Part shown: one piece after another, positions 25,405-31,294 of the stretch
Layout: each line of letters begins with the position of its first letter
Position numbering within the stretch: position 1 is the first letter of the stretch
DNA from: a virus
Taxonomy: Duplodnaviria; Caudoviricetes
IMG/VR virus record: IMGVR_UViG_3300017707_000594
Coordinates: 1-31,294 of that record
Reading direction: 5' to 3' (one strand)
Length of the DNA stretch: 31,294 nt
Notes under the pieces: generated by a model
The model's database searches: none
Seen by the model: only the letters and a program-made list of their open reading frames with translations
Told to the model about the DNA's origin: nothing
Program-made: the position numbers and the translations under genes

Positions 25405-28398
25405 TTATTTATTTATTAATTTTTTTAATTCTTCAATTTGTTTTTGTTGCTCTTTAATAGCATTTACTAAAGCTGCATAAATACCTTCTTTGTCAAGACC
25501 TAATCTATTACCTTCTTCAGTTTCAAATTCTTTTACTAATTCAGGCATCACTTCTTGTACTTCTTGAGCAATAAATCCAAATTGTTTTCCTTGATTTATT
25601 TTGTCATCTTTCCAATTATAACTTACAGGTCTTAATTGTAGTATTTCATTTAAACCATAATTTAAACTTACAATATTATCTTTTAACCTATTATCCGAAG
25701 GGTTTGTACTTGTTAAAGCACCACCATTAGAATATACTAAACCTGTCCCTAAATTACTAATAACTACACTATTTGAACTTAAAATAGATAAAGGTGTTGA
25801 ACCTATGTTAACATTGTTAATGTAAAAATCATTTGAAGCACCTAAAGAAAAAGTATATTTAGTACTTCCGCTTCTTTCAAGTGTTAATGGTGTTGTACCT
25901 AAAAATCTACCTACACCTGCTACGTCTAATTTGTAACTTGGACTTGATGTACCGATGCCTACATCACCGCCACTTAATAAAATCTTACCACCATTACCAC
26001 CTATTTGTACATCTAAAGCAGCTGAAGCTGAATAATCGTATGCATCTAATTTTAATGTGCTTCCGTTGTTATATAAATAAATTGCTTTATTATTTATAGC
26101 TGAAGCTATACCTGTATCTGAAGAACCTGTAGATAAAATCTTTACCCAAGAAGGTATACTTGAAACAGTACCTGAACCTACTTGCAATGCTGATACAGGA
26201 CTTGTTGTACCGATTCCTACGTTGCCACCTGAAGTGATACGCATCTTTTCAGAATCATTAACTCCAAAAGTTAAAGGTGTATTTGTAACAGTTTTTACCA
26301 TTCCAACAGCAGCACTACTATCAACAGAAAATACCATTCTATTTGTAGCACCTGAATCAGTAGAAACAAATCCACCGCCACGACCGCCTCTATTTTCTAA
26401 GTTTGCACCATATCCATAAACTTGGTAATCAATTGGAGAAGTTGTGCCAATTCCTACGTTGCCTGAAGCATTAATTAAAAAAGCAGTTGTATTGTCTGAT
26501 TTTTGAAATTGTGCTAAATTACCTGTACCTGCATTATATAAATACAAAGTTGTACCTGTGCTACCTGAATTATTTAAAGATAAATTTAAACCTTGTCCTG
26601 ATGTAGCAGTAGAATAAGCAATAGTAAGTGGTTTAGTTAAATTTACATAAGTTGAAAATTCTGTAAAGCTACTATCACCTAATGCAGTTGAACCTGTATA
26701 TAATGGAATTTTTCCTGTAGTTCCTGAACCTGAAATACCTGCAGAAATAGTCCAACTTCTATTTGCACTTAAATCAAAAGTAGTTCCGTTAATTGTTAAC
26801 GTTCTTGCAGTTGGTGTATAAGCAGTAGATGTATAAGCATTAGAACCTAAATCACCTAATTGTGTAGTTAAAACACCTGTAGCATCGTTATACTTAAAGT
26901 TTGTTATTGTTTTTAATTGATTACTTGCATCAGCATAAACAATTTGACCATTAACATTACTTGCAGCAGATAAAATAGGCATATTGCTAAAGGTTTTTAC
27001 ACCCGAAATAGTTTGACTTCCTGACAACTTAACAACTGCACTATCTAAAGCGTATGTACTATTATCATAAGAAATAGTAGTTCCTGATATTTTAACAAAA
27101 CCTGTTCCGTTTAAAGCTGTTTGTTTAGCATTAAATGTAGTCCAATCTGTAGAACTTAAAGCACCATTTGCTGAACTACTTGCAATACCTAAACTTAAAA
27201 CTTGAGTTGATAAAGATAATCCATTTGCAGTTCCAATAGTTACCGCATCGTGTAATTGGCTTGTTAAAGCATAAGTATTAGAATCTAAAGAACCATCACC
27301 TTTTAAAAATTGTGAACTTGTACCTGCTAATACAGTACCTAAAGATTTATTTTTCCAAAGTGAACTTGCACTTTCATATACTAAAAACTGATTGTTAGAT
27401 TTAGAAGTAATTAATACATCGTGAATTTCATCTAATTCGTAACCATTTTGTATTTTAACTTCTATTTGTCCTTGTGTTGGGTGTGAACGTGTAACAACTC
27501 CAATATAAACCAAATGCGCAGGGGCTACTTGTTTTGTAGTTGTATAAGCACCCGCTGTAGTAGAAGATAAATATAGCTGTGTTCCTTCAGTAATTGCTGA
27601 AGTATCTAAACCTATAATATCACCTACACATACTACATATCCGTTTGAATTATTAGCTATATCCGCTTGTAATATTCCAAATGTTTGTGCAGATGTAGAA
27701 TCACTTGTGGCAATAGCTTTTGCTATCGTTGGCTTATTACCATTAGCACCATTGATATAAACTATAGTTCCTTTTGTTAAAGTAGAACCTGTAGTGTTTC
27801 TTACTTGACGAACTAATGTACCTGCTTGACCTGCTACAGGGAATGTGATTAAAGAACCATCACCTGCTATGTATTGTGTAGTATCACCTGTAGGGTTGTT
27901 AAATTTAGCATTTAAAGCATTTTGTAAATCTGTTTGACTACTTAATGTTCCTGTAATTGCACCCCAAATAGCACTATTAGCAGCGATTTCTATATAAGTA
28001 GAACCACTCCAACGGTATATTTTATTGTTGTCTAATGTTACATATATCTTACCTGTCTCACCTGTAGTAGGTAAAGCAGCATAATTAGCTACTTCTACCA
28101 CGTCATCTACATAAGAAGGTAATTCTGAAGCAGGAACTTTTCCACCTACCAAATTAGCTTTTAAATCTAAAGCCGATTGTAAGTCGGTTTGGTCAGATAG
28201 TGTGCCTAATATATCGCCCCATTTAGCATAAGAACTACCTTTGTTAATATTGATTTCAATTACAGTAGGTGTTATGTTTAAAGTAACATCATCTGCATTA
28301 TCAATTACACTAATATCTACGATTTGGTCGTTTGGCTGTGCAGTAACTTCAATGTTATTTACAATTTCAGTTACACCAATAGTAATATCATCACCCAT
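25405..28398 (-). CDS. Tail fibre with C-terminal intramolecular chaperone (peptidase S74)
   Basis: SDNRLKDNI, GFIAQEV, terminal coiled coil; G(N/D)VGIGT(T/S)SP x3; WG.I.GTLS.QTDLQ.AL x2. Confidence 0.9.
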   Translation of the reverse strand: MGDDITIGVTEIVNNIEVTAQPNDQIVDISVIDNADDVTLNITPTVIEININKGSSYAKWGDILGTLSDQTDLQSALDLKANLVGGKVPASELPSYVDDVVEVANYAALPTTGETGKIYVTLDNNKIYRWSGSTYIEIAANSAIWGAITGTLSSQTDLQNALNAKFNNPTGDTTQYIAGDGSLITFPVAGQAGTLVRQVRNTTGSTLTKGTIVYINGANGNKPTIAKAIATSDSTSAQTFGILQADIANNSNGYVVCVGDIIGLDTSAITEGTQLYLSSTTAGAYTTTKQVAPAHLVYIGVVTRSHPTQGQIEVKIQNGYELDEIHDVLITSKSNNQFLVYESASSLWKNKSLGTVLAGTSSQFLKGDGSLDSNTYALTSQLHDAVTIGTANGLSLSTQVLSLGIASSSANGALSSTDWTTFNAKQTALNGTGFVKISGTTISYDNSTYALDSAVVKLSGSQTISGVKTFSNMPILSAASNVNGQIVYADASNQLKTITNFKYNDATGVLTTQLGDLGSNAYTSTAYTPTARTLTINGTTFDLSANRSWTISAGISGSGTTGKIPLYTGSTALGDSSFTEFSTYVNLTKPLTIAYSTATSGQGLNLSLNNSGSTGTTLYLYNAGTGNLAQFQKSDNTTAFLINASGNVGIGTTSPIDYQVYGYGANLENRGGRGGGFVSTDSGATNRMVFSVDSSAAVGMVKTVTNTPLTFGVNDSEKMRITSGGNVGIGTTSPVSALQVGSGTVSSIPSWVKILSTGSSDTGIASAINNKAIYLYNNGSTLKLDAYDYSASAALDVQIGGNGGKILLSGGDVGIGTSSPSYKLDVAGVGRFLGTTPLTLERSGSTKYTFSLGASNDFYINNVNIGSTPLSILSSNSVVISNLGTGLVYSNGGALTSTNPSDNRLKDNIVSLNYGLNEILQLRPVSYNWKDDKINQGKQFGFIAQEVQEVMPELVKEFETEEGNRLGLDKEGIYAALVNAIKEQQKQIEELKKLINK

Positions 28399-28402
28399 TT
28401 TT

Positions 28403-28741
28403 TTATCTTGTTACTTCGTTAGTAATATTAAACCCACCTTGTACATACGTTTTAACTACTCCACTTGCTAAAGTAATTTGTATATCATATACATAATTAT
28501 AAACAGGAATGTCTATTATTTGTGTGTTTATTTTAAATTCTCCATTTGTGGCATTAGTTATTGTAATACCTGCAGATGAAACCGAAGTAAGAGACAAAGC
28601 AGCATTAGTATCTGAATAGCTTTTACGCAATTGCATTTTAATAGTTGCACCTGTTAAATTAACAACTGCAGTATTAATCTTTAATTGAAAAGCAACTTCA
28701 TCAAAAGTGTCCCCCTTTATATGTGTAAATTGTAAACTCAT
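28403..28741 (-). CDS. Putative baseplate/fibre adaptor (BppU-N-like)
   Basis: KGDTF...VNLTG...YVYDIQ...TYVQG pattern. Confidence 0.6.
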   Translation of the reverse strand: MSLQFTHIKGDTFDEVAFQLKINTAVVNLTGATIKMQLRKSYSDTNAALSLTSVSSAGITITNATNGEFKINTQIIDIPVYNYVYDIQITLASGVVKTYVQGGFNITNEVTR

Positions 28742-28824
28742 TTTTTATCTTTTATTTTATTTAAAAATAGTTGCAGTTTTTTTACGTTAACCGCTTTTGG
28801 CTTATAAGTTTCTTTTTTTATCAT
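28738..28824 (-). CDS. 28-aa basic peptide
   Basis: MIKKETYKPKAVNVKKLQLFLNKIKDKK; ATGA overlaps at both ends. Confidence 0.55.
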   Translation of the reverse strand: MIKKETYKPKAVNVKKLQLFLNKIKDKK

Positions 28825-29321
28825 AGTACCCAACTTACAAAATTAGCTTCTGAATCAGGGAACATATCCCCGTTTGAATTAGTGTTATATTCAGGAAACG
28901 TTGCTGTGTTATAACAGATATAATCCAAGAATCTATTAGTATAGTGTTGTGCTACATCACGCTCTTTTTCAATTAAGAAATCTATTTCGTTCTTTTCAAC
29001 GTTTGTACTATTCTCGCTGTTGTGTTTATATACACCTTTATTAGCTATTGTATATGCCGAATAAGGCAAATATTCTACCATAGCCCAATGTATTACCATT
29101 GGTTTAATATACTTGCTTAAAAGTGTTGTATATGGACTTGCTAAAGTACCTGCTACGATATCATCGTTTATTTTATCATATAGTTTAGTTCCTAAATAGT
29201 TTTGAATATGAATATCCTGTGCTATTTTTACAAACTGAATGAATTTATCCGTGTCAACGTTTCCATTCATTACTGTGTATTTAACTATATCTTCTCTTGT
29301 TACAAATAATGCTTGAGCCAT
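28821..29321 (-). CDS. Putative head-tail adaptor protein
   Basis: Helical, 166 aa, directly after the portal gene. Confidence 0.6.
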   Translation of the reverse strand: MAQALFVTREDIVKYTVMNGNVDTDKFIQFVKIAQDIHIQNYLGTKLYDKINDDIVAGTLASPYTTLLSKYIKPMVIHWAMVEYLPYSAYTIANKGVYKHNSENSTNVEKNEIDFLIEKERDVAQHYTNRFLDYICYNTATFPEYNTNSNGDMFPDSEANFVSWVL

Positions 29322-29324
29322 ATT

Positions 29325-31091
29325 TTAATTTTCTTTATTATAGTCAGGATGATGTCCGTGATTTGGCATATCGTATGGTGTCATAGCAACCTCTTTAGGA
29401 TTTCTAACTCTATAGCCATATTTTTCTGCCTTGTTTGTACTAATTTTAGTTGCATTAGGATTGGTAACATCAATCTTTACATTGTCAAATGAAACGTAAG
29501 TTTGTCTTAACCATTTGTGCTTACAATTAACCCCACCTTTGTATAAGAATAAATCATAAGGCAATCCTTTGTGACCTTGACCTGCATTTACAAAATTAGA
29601 ATTAGTATTTACTATATCTTCTTTTCTGTAAAGTTTAGATGCTCTTAACATTTTATTGCAAAATTCTCTTTCACCTGATTCAGCGCCTGAATATTTGTAT
29701 CTTGTAATGAATCTAATACCATCTACATTTTCATCTTGTGAACTCTTTGCGTTAGGTCTACCTGTAATAGCAGTTGCAAGTTTTTGAATTAAAGACAATT
29801 CTTTCTTTTTAGGATTGTTTAAAGATTCAATTTCAGCATCTAAATCTTCTTCAGATTCTAAATCTACTTCAGTTTCATCAATCAAAACCCATTCTTCACC
29901 AAGTTCTTCACCTTTATCAATTAAAGCGTTTGCAATATTTGGGTCTGTATGTGCAGACATTTTAATACCTGTTTCTTCTTCAGCAGTTTCAGCATTCATT
30001 CCTGAAGCATCTACAAATTCTAAAGGTTGTATAGTTTTGAAGTATAGTTTTAAGCTAATATCATTTACTGCTAAAATTTCATCAATAGCATTAATCAATT
30101 CCAATTGATAAGGTTTAATTACAATGTTATCGAATAACAAAGTAGCAGTTTTAATTTCATCTGCGTTATTACCTAAACCACCGCCTGTGTCACGAATACC
30201 TAAAAGCATAGGCGAAGTAACTCTATGCCCTACAATTAACTTTTCAAAACATTCAGTACTTAAATATTCATAGTGTGCAGGTGCATCATTCAAAGGTATA
30301 TCTTCTACTGTAGTTTTACTTTCTGCATTGGCATTAAAAGCTACAATTACTTTTTCACCTCTTGAACCTGTAATTTTACTTAATACGTCACGTTTAATTT
30401 TGTCACGCATTTCTTCATTAGGAATACCATTATTGAAGTTAATTACTTTAGTACCTGAAAATCCGTTTTGAACGTCATTAATCAAGTAGTCACTAATTTC
30501 TTCTTCTAATTTAGCATAAGGCAAAGCACCTGAATAATCAATAGGTGTGTAATAATGAAATCCACTAACATAAGGATGTACCACATACATTTCAACTTCA
30601 TTACCATTTCCGAATCCAAATGCAGGAATTCTTTTAGCTTGTTCAGAAGGTTTCTTTTTAGTCCAATCAGGGTAATAATACCAAGCTTCAATTTCTCCTT
30701 TGTCATTACACTTTTCTGCTCTTAATGTATTCATTGGGAAATGGTCAATAGATTTAACTTTGCCTTTTTCCATTACAACTTGCATAGCACCCATACCGAG
30801 CATTTTACGCTCCATAGCTACTTTCTTCAGCATATCACCTTTTATGATACTACGCATTTGTGCATATTCATTAGGCTTACGATTAGAATCTAAAGCATCC
30901 AATCCTTTACCATAAATCATATTGGTAACACCTGTTATAATAGCGTTATTTGTTGCTGAATACAGATATCTATCAATCAAGTACTGAAAGTAGTTATTGT
31001 CTACTCCATACTCAATATAATCTGACTTTTTGTTTTCTTGAATTACAGGACTTGTATAAGCCGATAATTGAACAATTGATATATTACTCAT
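29325..31091 (-). CDS. Portal protein with C-terminal head-morphogenesis-like extension
   Basis: NGFSG, HRVTSPMLLGI, IKPYQ portal-like motifs; REFC...GGVNCKHKW tail. Confidence 0.8.
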   Translation of the reverse strand: MSNISIVQLSAYTSPVIQENKKSDYIEYGVDNNYFQYLIDRYLYSATNNAIITGVTNMIYGKGLDALDSNRKPNEYAQMRSIIKGDMLKKVAMERKMLGMGAMQVVMEKGKVKSIDHFPMNTLRAEKCNDKGEIEAWYYYPDWTKKKPSEQAKRIPAFGFGNGNEVEMYVVHPYVSGFHYYTPIDYSGALPYAKLEEEISDYLINDVQNGFSGTKVINFNNGIPNEEMRDKIKRDVLSKITGSRGEKVIVAFNANAESKTTVEDIPLNDAPAHYEYLSTECFEKLIVGHRVTSPMLLGIRDTGGGLGNNADEIKTATLLFDNIVIKPYQLELINAIDEILAVNDISLKLYFKTIQPLEFVDASGMNAETAEEETGIKMSAHTDPNIANALIDKGEELGEEWVLIDETEVDLESEEDLDAEIESLNNPKKKELSLIQKLATAITGRPNAKSSQDENVDGIRFITRYKYSGAESGEREFCNKMLRASKLYRKEDIVNTNSNFVNAGQGHKGLPYDLFLYKGGVNCKHKWLRQTYVSFDNVKIDVTNPNATKISTNKAEKYGYRVRNPKEVAMTPYDMPNHGHHPDYNKEN

Positions 31092-31294
31092 AAATTATAA
31101 AATCGTTGTTTGTAGCGTGTGCTACATATTCATCCTTGTTTACTGTGTAATCTTTTAATACTTGATTTGTACAAAATACTTTATCTTTATATACAACCTC
31201 AACACCGTTTTTAATAGTAAGATTGTAAAATGTATTTTCTTTTAAGTCAAATATTTTAGAAGTAGATAAATAATAAGAATCTAATGTAAACGTA
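31084..31294 (-). CDS. 3' part of the junction-spanning 109-aa protein
   Basis: ...YKDKVFCTNQVLKDYTVNKDEYVAHATNNDFIIYE*. Confidence 0.8.
   Translation of the reverse strand, partial: TFTLDSYYLSTSKIFDLKENTFYNLTIKNGVEVVYKDKVFCTNQVLKDYTVNKDEYVAHATNNDFIIYE
31172..31294. repeat. Terminal direct repeat, copy 2
   Basis: Identical to 1-123. Confidence 0.97.

Noticed and set aside
25405-28398. Diversity-generating retroelement or invertible fibre cassette
   Set aside because: No reverse transcriptase, invertase or template/variable repeat pair seen; the repeats are ordinary protein-level fibre repeats
8221-30706. Nested alternative-frame - strand ORFs (8221-8436, 22369-22599, 30506-30706)
   Set aside because: Lie inside larger genes, with no slippery site or motif seen
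1482-30915. Many + strand ORFs in the track (e.g. 1482-1763, 3274-3975, 12638-12913, 21244-21558, 24444-24809, 29815-30108)
   Set aside because: Antisense shadows of well-supported - strand genes
1-31294. tRNA, CRISPR array, alternative genetic code
   Set aside because: None recognised; the standard code gives dense, intact genes

Overview
Apparently complete, circularly assembled (~31,171 bp unique; 123-bp terminal overlap) AT-rich tailed dsDNA phage genome, most likely a small siphovirus-like phage of a Bacteroidota (Flavobacterium-like) host. The host inference rests on TAnnTTTG promoters and A-rich starts lacking Shine-Dalgarno sequences. Nearly all genes are on the - strand. Early/replication module: NinG-like, ERF, SSB-like, AAA ATPase, sigma factor, MjaI-like nuclease, ExoVIII-like, DnaA-C-like, three paralogous HNH nucleases. 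Then terminase, tail genes (chaperone with a -1 frameshift), protease/scaffold/capsid, major tail, portal, tail fibre, and holin-lysozyme-u-spanin. I saw no integrase, repressor, DNA polymerase, primase or methyltransferase. Best leads: an orphan MjaI-family endonuclease in a genome where I found no CTAG; two promoter-driven non-coding structured segments (911-1102 and 23366-23545); a two-tier promoter system (host promoters with TTAACA-N5-TTAACA boxes; ACAA-N14-TATT late motif); and a recurring candidate prohead-protease cleavage motif. All product calls are from motif recognition by eye, not database searches.
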